DNA from: Candidatus Omnitrophota bacterium
Lineage (GTDB): Bacteria; Omnitrophota; Gorgyraeia; Zapsychrales; Zapsychraceae
NCBI GenBank assembly: GCA_015233495.1
Contig: JADFXQ010000002.1
Span: forward strand, 34,390 to 98,389
Length of the DNA stretch: 64,000 bases
Reading direction: 5' to 3'
Shown here: positions 18,804-29,556 of the stretch, in pieces
How positions within the stretch are numbered: position 1 is the stretch's first letter
How the letters are laid out: the number at the start of each line of letters is the position of its first letter
Notes under the pieces: generated by a model
The model's input: the letters and a program-made list of their open reading frames with translations, nothing else
The model's database searches: none
What the model was told of the DNA's origin: nothing
Program-made: the position numbers and the translations under genes

Positions 18804-20788
18804 AAAAATTTACTGTGGTTTGCGATGGCCGCGACGTTTTTTTATCGGTAATGCCCGGGGCGATGGCTTCTCCCGCGGCATTTGATATTTTATTGTTATC
18901 TGCCCAAAGCGATTTGCGGCCGTTCATCCAGGATTTTTGTTCTAACCACGCCCAGACAGCGTGCCGCTTTTTGGACAATACCGGCCGGATCGCGGACTGC
19001 CAAAATGATTTTACCGTCCGTTATGCCCGTTTTATCGCAGGATTTTCGCGTCAATTGCGACAGCAATCCGCCCCGCAGCTGGAGACCTATTTTTCCGTTA
19101 ACCCAGACTTTTCTTTGTGGTGGCCCAGCTTAGTTTATGAGAAGAGTCCTTTAAAGACGGATGTGTTTCGTCGTTTGTTTTTGATCGAGTCCGTTATCAA
19201 AGCTTGCGAAGATGCCCCGCGTCCGAATGTGATTCTGGCAGTTGCGGATCAAGAAGTGCGGGAGGTATTGGCGCGTTATTTTCTAAAGGCGGGGCTGAAC
19301 GTCATCCAGCCGCCCAACTCCGCCGGAGCAAAAATCCGGAAATGGATAAAAAACCTATTCAATTATTGGCGCGACCACTGGCAAGGGCTGGCCTGTATTC
19401 TTAGGGAAATCAAATGGAATCGGTTGACTCGGAATTTGCTGCGCCGTACCCTGCGCCCCCAACATGGAGATGTTCTTTTGGTGACGTATTATCCGGCGAT
19501 GGATCTGCAACAGGCGCGCTCGGGCGTTTATCAGAATGATTATTTTAACCCTTTGCCGCAAGCCTTGGCTGCGGCAGGGAAAAAATGCGTTTGGTTAGCC
19601 ATTAACATTTACCATCCTAAAATCAGCCCGGCTGAGGGAATCCTTTTTGGAAAACAGTTAAACGCCGCGAACACCCCCTTTTATTTTTTGCACGAATTCA
19701 TTTCTTTGCCGATGATCGCCCGGTCCGTTTTTCAAAATTTTCGGCTGGCGCGAAAATTGCGCCGCATTCAGCGGCAGGTTGATCAGGCGTTTGATGAGTG
19801 GCGCCCGGGAGCTTATGCCGTGGTTAAAGAGGATTGGGAAAGTTCTTTTGGCGGCATTGTCGGGTTTAAGAACATCTTATTCGGTTACGCGTTTCAAAAA
19901 GCCTTTAGTTATTTATCCGCGGCCAAATGTCTTTATCCCTTGGAAATGAGCGGCTGGGAAAAAACGATGCTCGCGGCCAATCAAACTCAAGGACGGATGA
20001 CCGCGTTTGGTTATCAGCATTCTACAGTCTCGCCGATGTGGATGAGCAATTATTTTTCCGGCGCCGAGCATACTGCGCGGCCTTGTCCCCGTCCCGATCA
20101 TATTTTATGCAATGGGCCGAGAACCGCGGCGTTGTTTCAGCAGCGTTTTGGTTGGGCCGCCCGCGACCTCAATGTGGTGGAAGCGGTGCGTTATTTTTCA
20201 TTGATCCCTTTGCTGCGTGAACCGCTGCGGGAAAAAAAACCGGCGGTGCTTTTCGCCTTGTCGCTCATTGAAAAAGAAGCGCGGGTATTTATTAAAATAG
20301 GGTTAGCCTATGCCCGGAGGCAGAATGCCTATCCGGTTTGGTTTAAATTTCATCCGCTGATGCCCATCGAACCAATTTTAAAATCAATGGGTTTGAGCTC
20401 GGCGAACGTCCCCTTTGAAATCAAACAAGAGCCGATCGCGGCGCTTTTAGAGCAGGCGAAAGTCGTGGTAGTCGGCCAGACCGGAGTGGCTTTGCAGGCG
20501 GTCGCGCAAGGCTGCCGGGTGATCAATTTGCGGTCGCTGGATTTTTTCAATTTGCCGGCAATCGATTCCGGGGAATCGTTTCTCGTCGGCCAGGCAGGTT
20601 CTTTGGAAGAACTGACGCTTGGCGTTGAACGTCGTATGCGGCAGCAGGAAGACCCGAGCGCGGTTGATCAGGAAAGGCGCCGGGTGATCGGCAGTTTCTT
20701 TTTATTGCCGCCGGATCCGGATCAGGTGAATGCTTTCGCGCAACATCTGTTTAGGCGCTCCTCGGAGAAGGGTCAGGGCATATTATAA
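18800..20788 (+). CDS. Surface carbohydrate biosynthesis protein (LIC13510-like, GT-B-like)
   Basis: SLWWPSLVYEKSP, EMSGWEK, GYQHSTV, VEAVRY, KFHP; family resemblance from recall. Confidence 0.6.
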   Translation: MKKFTVVCDGRDVFLSVMPGAMASPAAFDILLLSAQSDLRPFIQDFCSNHAQTACRFLDNTGRIADCQNDFTVRYARFIAGFSRQLRQQSAPQLETYFSVNPDFSLWWPSLVYEKSPLKTDVFRRLFLIESVIKACEDAPRPNVILAVADQEVREVLARYFLKAGLNVIQPPNSAGAKIRKWIKNLFNYWRDHWQGLACILREIKWNRLTRNLLRRTLRPQHGDVLLVTYYPAMDLQQARSGVYQNDYFNPLPQALAAAGKKCVWLAINIYHPKISPAEGILFGKQLNAANTPFYFLHEFISLPMIARSVFQNFRLARKLRRIQRQVDQAFDEWRPGAYAVVKEDWESSFGGIVGFKNILFGYAFQKAFSYLSAAKCLYPLEMSGWEKTMLAANQTQGRMTAFGYQHSTVSPMWMSNYFSGAEHTARPCPRPDHILCNGPRTAALFQQRFGWAARDLNVVEAVRYFSLIPLLREPLREKKPAVLFALSLIEKEARVFIKIGLAYARRQNAYPVWFKFHPLMPIEPILKSMGLSSANVPFEIKQEPIAALLEQAKVVVVGQTGVALQAVAQGCRVINLRSLDFFNLPAIDSGESFLVGQAGSLEELTLGVERRMRQQEDPSAVDQERRRVIGSFFLLPPDPDQVNAFAQHLFRRSSEKGQGIL

Positions 20789-22617
20789 ACATAGAGGGTA
20801 GATAAATCGAATTTTTTGACGAAACGCGCCGGAGTGTAAGGCGCGAGTATCGGGTTATTTCTGATGGACGCCGCTAAATCCTGTCCGGCTTCTTCATTGA
20901 TGAGGAAAAATAACCGTTTCATCTGCTTGGGTTCAAACGTCGCGGGACAGAGCGTTTTTGAGTCTAATATTTCCGAGTCGGAAATCAACGGCGCGGTTGG
21001 GACAAGGTAATAATGAAAATAGTAGATAAGCGGGGTGTCCGAAGGTTGTTCGGAATAAATACGGTCCCCCGGCCGGAGTTCATTTTTAAAGAAGAGCGCG
21101 ATCTGCTTCACGTCTTTTAATTGATCGATGTTGAACGCGAGGGAATTTTTTTGATAGACCAGAACCGCGAGATAAACACAGAGAAAGAGGGGCAAGAGAG
21201 CGGCGGCGGGTTGGAGCAAGGTTGAACCCCGGGGGAGAATTTTCCGCGCGGCAGTTTTGGCCAGCTCCACAATCCCGGCCGACGCATGCGTAAAAAATAG
21301 TGGCAGTAAATATAGCCAATAGCGCCCGTAGGGAAGAAAATACCAAATCATGCTATGAATCGTCGCCAGCAGAGTGAAAAGCACCGGCCAAAAAAGAATT
21401 TTGCTTTGGCCCATTTTGCGGCTGCGGCATAAAAAAACTATAAAACCTATTCCTAAAAGCCAGACAATTCCCCGGGGTATGTCCAGAGTAAAATCGGCGA
21501 AAATTTTGCTCAAAGCGGCGCGGAGCGTTTCGATGTAGCGGGAGAAATCATTGGCGCTGAACGACAGTTTAAGTTGGTCGTATTTTAATAAAGCGTGGAC
21601 AATCAGGATAGGGCAGTAGAGGGTCAAGCTAAGACCCGCGGTAGCGGCGATAGAGGCGAACCAATAACGGATGAATTTTTTATCATCATCTCGAATGTCG
21701 CGGACTTGATATGATAGAATAAGCCACGCGTAAAGGGTGACCGCGGGATACAGCATTACCGGAACAGTGAAAAGCCCGAGAGAAAAGACTAAGCTCAAAC
21801 ACAGCCATTTGAGCAATGACGCGGGCGAACGCCGGATGCTTTCCGCGAGAAATATCCCGAGGAGGAAAAAGACACAGATCAGGATATGTCCGCGGGCATT
21901 GGTCGTATATTGAATGATTTTTGTCGACGTGGCGACCAGCGCCATAGCCCAAAGTCCGGTGGTTTTGCCGAACAGATAACGGGCAAAGGCATAAGTGATG
22001 ACAACCAGACTGGTTCCGAAACAAAAAGCCGGCAGTCGGATGACCCAAGGTTGGTCGCCGAACAGCACATAAGCGATATGGACCAGCAAGGTGTGCAATA
22101 CATGGTTGTTTTGAAATTTGTACCACAAAAGAGGTTGGTAGAAAGGCCGAACCGCGTATTTTAAAAAGGTATAAACCTCGTCGTTATATAGCGGCGTGGA
22201 AAAAAGATAGTGGAGGCGCAAGCCGAAAGCGATCAATAATATCAGGAAAAAAGCGCCGCGATGAATGCCCGCTTCCGGCGAAAGGAAATCACCGGCACTT
22301 TGGGCGCTCCATTTTAAGGAAGCGGAAAAATCATCGCGCAGTTGCCGCAGGATTTTGCGGATGCGCGCCCGAAAATGGAAAATTAACGCCAGACCAAGAC
22401 TGGCGGTTAAGAGCAAGGATTTTAATAACCAAATGATTTTGGCAGCCGTACCCGCTTGGAACAAAGAGCGCTTATTGGCTGGTATGGCAGCGGAAAAACG
22501 TTCGATGATTTTCGCGTAAAAGACGTGGGGCGCGCAATTGATAAGCAACAGGATCAGCAAAGGAATGCCGAGCCAGCCCAGAATCGACCCGAAAGGAATA
22601 TGTTTTTTTGACATCAT
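20773..22617 (-). CDS. GT-C fold membrane glycosyltransferase (ArnT/PMT-like)
   Basis: LRLHYL...YNDEVYT, NNHVLHT, IRLPAF, YTTNARGH, many TM segments. Confidence 0.8.
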   Translation of the reverse strand: MMSKKHIPFGSILGWLGIPLLILLLINCAPHVFYAKIIERFSAAIPANKRSLFQAGTAAKIIWLLKSLLLTASLGLALIFHFRARIRKILRQLRDDFSASLKWSAQSAGDFLSPEAGIHRGAFFLILLIAFGLRLHYLFSTPLYNDEVYTFLKYAVRPFYQPLLWYKFQNNHVLHTLLVHIAYVLFGDQPWVIRLPAFCFGTSLVVITYAFARYLFGKTTGLWAMALVATSTKIIQYTTNARGHILICVFFLLGIFLAESIRRSPASLLKWLCLSLVFSLGLFTVPVMLYPAVTLYAWLILSYQVRDIRDDDKKFIRYWFASIAATAGLSLTLYCPILIVHALLKYDQLKLSFSANDFSRYIETLRAALSKIFADFTLDIPRGIVWLLGIGFIVFLCRSRKMGQSKILFWPVLFTLLATIHSMIWYFLPYGRYWLYLLPLFFTHASAGIVELAKTAARKILPRGSTLLQPAAALLPLFLCVYLAVLVYQKNSLAFNIDQLKDVKQIALFFKNELRPGDRIYSEQPSDTPLIYYFHYYLVPTAPLISDSEILDSKTLCPATFEPKQMKRLFFLINEEAGQDLAASIRNNPILAPYTPARFVKKFDLSTLYVYNMP

Positions 22618-22749
22618 GGCGGAAGCGAAAATTAAATTTTAGTGATGTAAGAACGCGTCTTTACTTTAGCGATTTTTAAGGGATTTTCAAATTATTATTT
22701 CGAGTTTTAAAACCCAACGAACGCCAGCCAGATCAGGGGGGCAAAGCGT

Positions 22750-23652
22750 ATGCCGGTTTTTTCGGTTATCGTGCCGACTTACAACTACGGCCATTTTATC
22801 GGCCGGGCGATTCAGTCAGTTTTAGATCAGACATTCCCGGATTTTGAATTGATTATTGTGGATTTATTTTCGATAGATGATACCGCGCGGATTGTCCGGG
22901 GATTTGCCGATCCCCGCATCCGATTCTATCAGGCGCGAGTCGGCGCGGGGTTTATCGCGGCGCTGCGTAACGCGGGCATTCAACGGGCAGCCGGAGAATA
23001 TATTGCTTTTTTAGACGCGGACGATCTGTGGTTTCCGGAGAAATTGGCGGCGGTGGAACGTTTTTTTTCCGCGGATCCCCGACGGGATTTGGTGTGCCAT
23101 GATGAAGAATGGGTATATGCCGACGGCCGTAAAGAGCGGATAGCCTATGGTCCGCAGCAGACGTTTGCCCAATTGCTTTTTCAAGGCAACAGCTTATCAA
23201 CGTCCGCGGTCACGGTGCGGCGGGAAACCTTGTTCGGGTCCGGGTTGTTTTCGGAAAAGCCGGAATATACGGGCGTGGAGGATTATGAATTGTGGCTGCG
23301 CGTCGCGCGGCAGGCCAAGATTGATTTTTTGCATATGTCTTTAGGACAATGTGTGGTACACGCGGGATCGATTTCACGGCGGGTTGAACAAATGGCCCAG
23401 AACACTGCTTGTGTTATCCGCGATCAATACGCGCTGCTTCCTGACACAGTCGGCAACCGTTTGCGGCTGCGCATCCGGCAGGCGGAGATCTTGCGTCAAG
23501 CCGCCCGGGATTTGTTAAAAATAAATGAGAACCGTTCTGCGGCTCAGGCGGCTTGGCGCGCCTGGCAGCTGAATCCCGTCGGCCTAAAGATCGGTTATAC
23601 GCTGCTGCGGTCAGGGTGGCGGCAGATAAAAATGCAAAGGAACCTTTTTTAA
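22750..23652 (+). CDS. Glycosyltransferase family 2
   Basis: SVIVPTYN, RNAGI, AFLDADD, EDYELWLR. Confidence 0.93.
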   Translation: MPVFSVIVPTYNYGHFIGRAIQSVLDQTFPDFELIIVDLFSIDDTARIVRGFADPRIRFYQARVGAGFIAALRNAGIQRAAGEYIAFLDADDLWFPEKLAAVERFFSADPRRDLVCHDEEWVYADGRKERIAYGPQQTFAQLLFQGNSLSTSAVTVRRETLFGSGLFSEKPEYTGVEDYELWLRVARQAKIDFLHMSLGQCVVHAGSISRRVEQMAQNTACVIRDQYALLPDTVGNRLRLRIRQAEILRQAARDLLKINENRSAAQAAWRAWQLNPVGLKIGYTLLRSGWRQIKMQRNLF

Positions 23653-23674
23653 ATAGGAAATGAAATTTTAGGCA

Positions 23675-24688
23675 ATGATGAAAAAAACAGTATATTCTTT
23701 TTTGGACCGCATCGGGTGCGGCTATGCGTGGCGCGGGATTTTTGAAAGAACCAGCCTGCCGGTTTTGGCATATCATCGCGTCGCGCCTTGGGATCCGGGA
23801 TCTGTTTTGGCGCCGGCTATGGTGGTTCAACCCGAGGATTTTGCCCGGCAGATGGAGTATCTGGCCCGCAATTACCTGGCGCTTGACGGCGAGGGGTTTG
23901 CCAAAGCTTTGGCGCAAAAAAAAATTCCGCCGCGCAGCGCTTTGGTGACGTTTGATGACGCTTATGAAGACAATTACCGTTATGCTTTCCCGATTTTAAA
24001 AAAATTTTCCGTCCCGGCGGTCGTTTTCGTGCCGACGGCGTTTATTGAAACCGGCAAATCGTTTTTCTGGGATGAGGTGGATGCTTTGATTTCGGGGTGT
24101 CAGATTCCGAAAGTCCGCTTTGATTTTAACGGGCAAACCTGGACTTTCGATCTGAGCAGTCCGAGCGCTAAGTTGGAAGTTATACTGAAAATCTGTCCTT
24201 TGGTTAAAACCTTTAACGAAAACGACGGGGAATTGTTTTTAAACCGCCTCAGTTCTTTTGTCGGCGTTGCCCGGATTTCGAAAGCCGGCGGTTTATTGTC
24301 CTGGGAGCAGATGCGCGCGATGCGGGCGCAAGGGGTGGCTTTTGGCGGACATACACATCGGCATTTGAACCTGGCCCGGTTATCTCCGGCGGAAATCCAG
24401 CAAGAACTGCGAATCTCCACGCGTATTTTGGATGAGCAATTGGCGCAAAAAACGGTTTTGTTTGCCTATCCTTTTGGCGCTGAGACCGATATTCCGGCGG
24501 CGGCGCCGGCTTGGCTGTCGGCGGCGGGATATCAGGCCGCGTTTTCTTTGTCTTCGGGGTTGATGCGGCCCGGTGACCGCCCGTTTTTGTTAAGACGCAT
24601 CGGCATTGGGGGCGGGGATACCGAGGATATTTTCCGGTTAAAACTGTCCGGCATTTTATCGTTTTTGGCAAAGTTGAAAAATTCATGA
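23675..24688 (+). CDS. Polysaccharide deacetylase (CE4/NodB-like)
   Basis: VLAYHRV, VTFDDAY, GGHTHRH, FAYPFG. Confidence 0.9.
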   Translation: MMKKTVYSFLDRIGCGYAWRGIFERTSLPVLAYHRVAPWDPGSVLAPAMVVQPEDFARQMEYLARNYLALDGEGFAKALAQKKIPPRSALVTFDDAYEDNYRYAFPILKKFSVPAVVFVPTAFIETGKSFFWDEVDALISGCQIPKVRFDFNGQTWTFDLSSPSAKLEVILKICPLVKTFNENDGELFLNRLSSFVGVARISKAGGLLSWEQMRAMRAQGVAFGGHTHRHLNLARLSPAEIQQELRISTRILDEQLAQKTVLFAYPFGAETDIPAAAPAWLSAAGYQAAFSLSSGLMRPGDRPFLLRRIGIGGGDTEDIFRLKLSGILSFLAKLKNS

Positions 24689-25782
24689 ACCTTAAGATCA
24701 GAATCGCGCGAACCAACGAAGAATTCGCGGCCCTGCGTCCAGCCTGGGACAAAATGACGCGGAGTTCGCCGCAAAATATTTTTTTAGAATTCGATTGGCT
24801 TTTTACCTGGTGGAAGCATTTCGGCGCGAAAAGGAAATTATTTGTGGTCGTCGCCCAAAAAGCCCGCGAGCCGGCGCTGCTGCTTCCATTGGTTGTCAAA
24901 GATTTTTTGGGTTTCCGCTGTTTAGAATTTTTATCGTCGGAAATCGCCGATTATGAAGGCCTGCTATCCGGCGAGCCTCCGGAATCGCTTCCGGAAATTT
25001 TGGATCAGGTTTTGCGCGGGTTAGCGCAGGAACCCGGATGGGATATCCTGCGTTTGCGCAAAATTCGGGAAACTGCCGGGGATTTTCCCGCTTGGCAGGC
25101 GCTGGCCGCGGCGCCGCGTCCGGGATATCTTTTGGGGATCGGCCGCCACAAAGAAGGCGCGCCGTTTATCCCGATTCGCCAGACCTGGGAGGAATATCTG
25201 CGGGTATCCCCGCCGAAATTTCTCAAACATATTCACCGGCAGTGGAAACGTTTAGAAAGCAGCGCAGCCGTCAAAATCACGTTGGAAACACCCGACATTG
25301 CCGAATTTTTTCAAGTTTTGCGCCAGCAGCATATCGCGCGCCGCCAGGCCAATGGCCAGAGCAGTTTTTTTTGCCGGGGTCCTTACTTGGAGTTTTTTAC
25401 CGAACTGGCGCATTTGTGGCAGAATAAAAAATGGATGTGGCTGAGCGCTTTGACCTGTCAAGGCCGGCCAGCGGCTGCGTTGCTGAGTTTTTGTTACGGC
25501 CGGCAGCTGGGATATTTTGCTCCGGCGTTTGACGATCAATTTGAAAAATATTCCGTGAGCCGTATTTTGACGCAGGCAGTATTACGCGAAAGTTTTGAGC
25601 GCCGGTTGGCGAGTTTTGATTTTATGCTGGGAGAGGAAAATTACAAATTTGATTGGAGCCCGGCGGTTATGCCGCTGAATTATGTCCACGCGGCGCCGCC
25701 GACGTGGCGAGGGCGGGCGGCTTGGCAATTGTTTCATCGACTCATGATTGCTTATAAAAAGAAACGAGGATTAGCCTGGTGA
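24685..25782 (+). CDS. GNAT acyltransferase, CelD/BcsL-like
   Basis: WLFTWWKHFG, ADYEGLL, FDFMLGEENYKFDW. Confidence 0.85.
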   Translation: MNLKIRIARTNEEFAALRPAWDKMTRSSPQNIFLEFDWLFTWWKHFGAKRKLFVVVAQKAREPALLLPLVVKDFLGFRCLEFLSSEIADYEGLLSGEPPESLPEILDQVLRGLAQEPGWDILRLRKIRETAGDFPAWQALAAAPRPGYLLGIGRHKEGAPFIPIRQTWEEYLRVSPPKFLKHIHRQWKRLESSAAVKITLETPDIAEFFQVLRQQHIARRQANGQSSFFCRGPYLEFFTELAHLWQNKKWMWLSALTCQGRPAAALLSFCYGRQLGYFAPAFDDQFEKYSVSRILTQAVLRESFERRLASFDFMLGEENYKFDWSPAVMPLNYVHAAPPTWRGRAAWQLFHRLMIAYKKKRGLAW

Positions 25783-26915
25783 AACGGATTCTTTTGGTCT
25801 GCACAGGGTTGAACGATTTAGGCGGGGCAAACACCCATTTGGCTAGTCTTTACCGGGAGCTTTCCTCTCGGTACGCGGTAACCCTGGTTTTATGCTCTTC
25901 AGTGGAAAATGAGCTGCGGACAGCCTTGAGGCGCGCGGGGATCGCGGCAAATGACGTATTGTTTATACCCCGATATAAAAAGCGGTTAATTTTTCCATTG
26001 GTTGCCGCTTTGGCGGGGGTGTTCCGTGATTTACAGCCTCAGGTGGTGCATTCGTTTCATTTGCAGTCGGATATTTTTTGCGGTTGCGCCGCGAAAATAG
26101 CTCGGGTGCCGAGCCTGTTTTCCTATTTTGAATCGCGGCCTTTAGTTGAGAATACGGGATGGCTGAAAAAATATTTTTATCGCGTCATGAATGCGGTGGT
26201 CAAAAAAGAATTTAGCGCGACAGTCGCGGTATCGGCCGGGATAAAAAAAGAACTTGTCGACGGTCAATGGCGGGACGCGGATAAAATTACCGTGATTTAT
26301 CTTGGCGTTAAGCTGCCCGTTCAGGTTGAGGAGATGGATGCCGGCCGGTTTGCGGCAGGCCGACTGCGCATCGGAACGATTGGCCGCTTGAGTCCGGAAA
26401 AAGGTTTGGACCGGGCAATTCGGGCGTTTGCTTTGGCGAGCGCCGCGCTTGGGCAAGCGGAATTGATTATTTGGGGGGAAGGGACAGCGCGGCCGGATTT
26501 GTTAAAGCTATGCCGTGATTTGAACATCGAGGCAAAGGTCCATTTTTATGGCTGGGCCAGACAGCCGCGGCAAGCCTTGGCGGACTTGGATATTTTTTTA
26601 ATGCCTTCGCTGCGCGAGGGATGCCCGACCGCTTTATTGGAAGCCCTGTCTTTAAAACGTCCGGTGATTGCCTCCGATATCCCGGGGATCAATGAGATCA
26701 TTATCAACGGACAAAATGGTCTGTTGGCGGATACCGCAGATGCAGATCAGTTTGCCGCCGCTATTACGGTCTTAGCGCAAAATTTCAGCCGGGCCCAGGC
26801 ATTGGGAGAAGCCGGGTATCAAACGGTTTTACGCAAATTTATGGTCCAGCAAGAAATGGACCAATTAACCGCCTTATACGAATCGGGATGCCATGAAGAT
26901 TTTGGTCGCGCATAA
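25779..26915 (+). CDS. Glycosyltransferase family 4
   Basis: GGA, GRLSPEKG, EGCPTALLEA (EX7E), VIASDIPG. Confidence 0.92.
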   Translation: MKRILLVCTGLNDLGGANTHLASLYRELSSRYAVTLVLCSSVENELRTALRRAGIAANDVLFIPRYKKRLIFPLVAALAGVFRDLQPQVVHSFHLQSDIFCGCAAKIARVPSLFSYFESRPLVENTGWLKKYFYRVMNAVVKKEFSATVAVSAGIKKELVDGQWRDADKITVIYLGVKLPVQVEEMDAGRFAAGRLRIGTIGRLSPEKGLDRAIRAFALASAALGQAELIIWGEGTARPDLLKLCRDLNIEAKVHFYGWARQPRQALADLDIFLMPSLREGCPTALLEALSLKRPVIASDIPGINEIIINGQNGLLADTADADQFAAAITVLAQNFSRAQALGEAGYQTVLRKFMVQQEMDQLTALYESGCHEDFGRA

Positions 26916-28065
26916 TTATTATTGCCAGCCCGGAGGAGAAGACCGGGTTTTTAAGGCGGAGACTGAACTGCTGCGGCAGGAGGGACACGCGGTTTTGGAA
27001 TATACCGATTCCAATGAGCGGACAAAGACGATGAGGCCCTGGCAAGTCGCGGCGGATTGTTTTTGGTCGGCGCGGACGCACCGCAGGATTGCCGCGTTTG
27101 TCCGAAAGGAAAAACCGGAGATCGCGCACTTTCATAATATTTTTCCTTTGATATCGCCTGCCGCCTACGACGCTTGCCTTAAAAACGGCGTGAAAGTTGT
27201 GCAGAGTTTGCATAATTCCCGCTTGATCTGTCCGGCCGCCCGGCTGTTTCGCGATGGTCGATATTGTGAGGATTGTTTGACCGCGCCGTTCGCTTGGCCG
27301 GGGATTCGTTGGGGGTGTTATCGTCATTCCCGGGTTCAAACCGCGATGGTGGCGCTGATGACCCGTTGGCACCGTTGGCGCCGGACTTGGCAGACGCAGG
27401 TGGACGCGTATATTGTTTTTACGGATTTTTATAAACAGCAGTGTGTGAAATGGGGATTGCCCGAAGAGAAAATATTTATCAAACCGCATTTTTTGCCGGC
27501 GGATCCTCTGGCGCGCGGGGTTCCGGCGGAGAAAATATTTTTGTTTGTGGGCCGATTGTCCGCAGACAAAGGCGTCCGCACCTTGTTGCAAGCTTGGCAG
27601 GGGGGAATGGACGATTTTTCCTTGGAAATAATTGGAAATGGAGATGACTTTGACCATTTACAAGCTATACTGAACCGAGAGAAAATGCTCACAGCGCGTT
27701 TGCTGGGCCAACAAAGTCCCGAAGAGGTTTATCGGCGGATGAAACAGGCTTCCGCCGTTGTTGTCCCGTCGGAAGTCACGGAAAGTTTCGGGATGGTCGC
27801 TTTGGAAGCGCTGGCTTGCGGGGTTCCGGTGATTGCCTCCGACCTCGGCGGTTTGGGGGAAATGATCCGCGGCACCGGAGCGGGTTTATTGTTCCCCGCG
27901 GGTGACGCGCAGTGTTTGCGGGAGCGGTTGGTCTGGGCTTCCCGGAATCCGGATCGAATGGAACTCATGGGTAAAACCGGACGGCGTTTATTCGAAGCGC
28001 GGTATGCCCGGCAGAGCAATGCGAACATTTTAACGGATATTTACCGCCAAGTCCTCTTTCCGTAA
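26893..28065 (+). CDS. Glycosyltransferase family 4
   Basis: HNYYCQPGGED, HFHNIFPLISP, GRLSADKG, ESFGMVALEA. Confidence 0.92.
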   Translation: MKILVAHNYYCQPGGEDRVFKAETELLRQEGHAVLEYTDSNERTKTMRPWQVAADCFWSARTHRRIAAFVRKEKPEIAHFHNIFPLISPAAYDACLKNGVKVVQSLHNSRLICPAARLFRDGRYCEDCLTAPFAWPGIRWGCYRHSRVQTAMVALMTRWHRWRRTWQTQVDAYIVFTDFYKQQCVKWGLPEEKIFIKPHFLPADPLARGVPAEKIFLFVGRLSADKGVRTLLQAWQGGMDDFSLEIIGNGDDFDHLQAILNREKMLTARLLGQQSPEEVYRRMKQASAVVVPSEVTESFGMVALEALACGVPVIASDLGGLGEMIRGTGAGLLFPAGDAQCLRERLVWASRNPDRMELMGKTGRRLFEARYARQSNANILTDIYRQVLFP

Positions 28066-28072
28066 AATAAGG

Positions 28073-29554
28073 TTGGATATGCTGGTTAATAGTTCACAAA
28101 GTCAAAGAACAGTTCCTTTCTTGTCGGTTTTTATGCGGGAAATCTATGTTCCGTTTTGCCGCTGTTTATTTTTTGCCTATTTGCTCGCGATGATCAGTTT
28201 TGGCCGAACTTTCGCTTTGCAGCGGATTCATCTCAACGGTTTTCCGATATTTGTGACGGAAATTTTGCTTTTCTTTTGCCTTCCAGTAATTTTGATAGGG
28301 ATACGGCGGTTGGGGAGAATAGGTTTGCCTGGCTTTTTTATAACCGCAGTAGGGTTATTTTTTCTTTTAACCGGCGCGCATTTCATCGGAGCTTTATGGC
28401 ACCAACACAACTATGCGTTTCGGGATTCCATTTTGGGACTTTACATCCTTTTTGTGCCTTTGACTGTGGGCTTGAGCGAAAATAAATCGGGAAACGGCTG
28501 GATTTATTATATTTTTGCCGCCAATATCATCAGCTTGATTTTGGGAAGAATCATGGTTGACTTTTTTATTTATGGAGAAAAAATTTATTTTTTTTCCAAT
28601 TTTATTAAACCAGTGATTTTTAGTCTCAAGGGGTCTCAAGTCTGTCTTTATTACAATTTTGTTTGCGCCTTGCTGCTTTTTATGATCTTTTTAGGAAAAA
28701 AAGGTTTGTCTCGGTTTTTGTGTGTCCTTTTACTGAGTATGAATTTGTATATGTTATATTTCATGATATGCCGGGCCGCGTGGCTCGCCGCGTTTATTTT
28801 GATTATTTTCTGCGGTTTTATTTTTTGGAAAAAAGAAAATTGGCGGACGTGGGGCACAATTGCGGGTTTGTTTATTCTGTTTATAGCGTTGTTTTTTTCT
28901 TACGATATTTATATTCGGAAAATAAACACTTCCCAGTTTGCTTTAGCGAAAATAAATAGTTTTTGGTACGAGGACAAGATTGATTCGAATTTTAAAAACC
29001 TGCCGGAACCCAGTTGCGCGAACCCAGTGACCCCGCAAGAAAAACAGGAGATCAGCAATCATTTTGCCGCTATTGTTAAAATGGGATCTTTTGCTTCGGT
29101 CAGTTGGCGATTTGATATATACCGGAGGTACATTGCTTTGGGGATGGAATCGCCGATTTGGGGAAGCGGTTTTGGGGTTTATCCGAATTTTACCGGTTTA
29201 GCTGATATGGTGATCAATCCGGACAATATCGAAGGATTTTTTATTCAATCACTGGTGACTCCAGCGCACAATGAATTGGTGTCGCTTTTTGCCAAGGTGG
29301 GGTTGTTCGGCATTTTGCTTTTTTTGGTGATCAATATTTACGTCTGGAACGAGGGCTTAAGATTATTTCGTGCCGCCCTGCCGCAGGAAAAAATCATATT
29401 AGGCGCGTGTTTAGGGTGTATTTTGGTCTGGCACGTCATGGCTTTAACTTTCGACATTATTGATTCTCCGCCTACCAATTATATTTTATGGGTATTGATC
29501 GGGGTAATTTTGTCTAAGCGGGGGTTTATAGAAAAATCAGCGAAAGAGGCATAG
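28073..29554 (+). CDS. O-antigen ligase/polymerase-like membrane protein (Wzy_C family)
   Basis: Many TM helices, CRAAWLA, WRFDIY...PIWGSGFG...AHNELV...GLFG; visibly AT-rich; start codon uncertain. Confidence 0.8.
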   Translation: MDMLVNSSQSQRTVPFLSVFMREIYVPFCRCLFFAYLLAMISFGRTFALQRIHLNGFPIFVTEILLFFCLPVILIGIRRLGRIGLPGFFITAVGLFFLLTGAHFIGALWHQHNYAFRDSILGLYILFVPLTVGLSENKSGNGWIYYIFAANIISLILGRIMVDFFIYGEKIYFFSNFIKPVIFSLKGSQVCLYYNFVCALLLFMIFLGKKGLSRFLCVLLLSMNLYMLYFMICRAAWLAAFILIIFCGFIFWKKENWRTWGTIAGLFILFIALFFSYDIYIRKINTSQFALAKINSFWYEDKIDSNFKNLPEPSCANPVTPQEKQEISNHFAAIVKMGSFASVSWRFDIYRRYIALGMESPIWGSGFGVYPNFTGLADMVINPDNIEGFFIQSLVTPAHNELVSLFAKVGLFGILLFLVINIYVWNEGLRLFRAALPQEKIILGACLGCILVWHVMALTFDIIDSPPTNYILWVLIGVILSKRGFIEKSAKEA

Positions 29555-29556
29555 CG

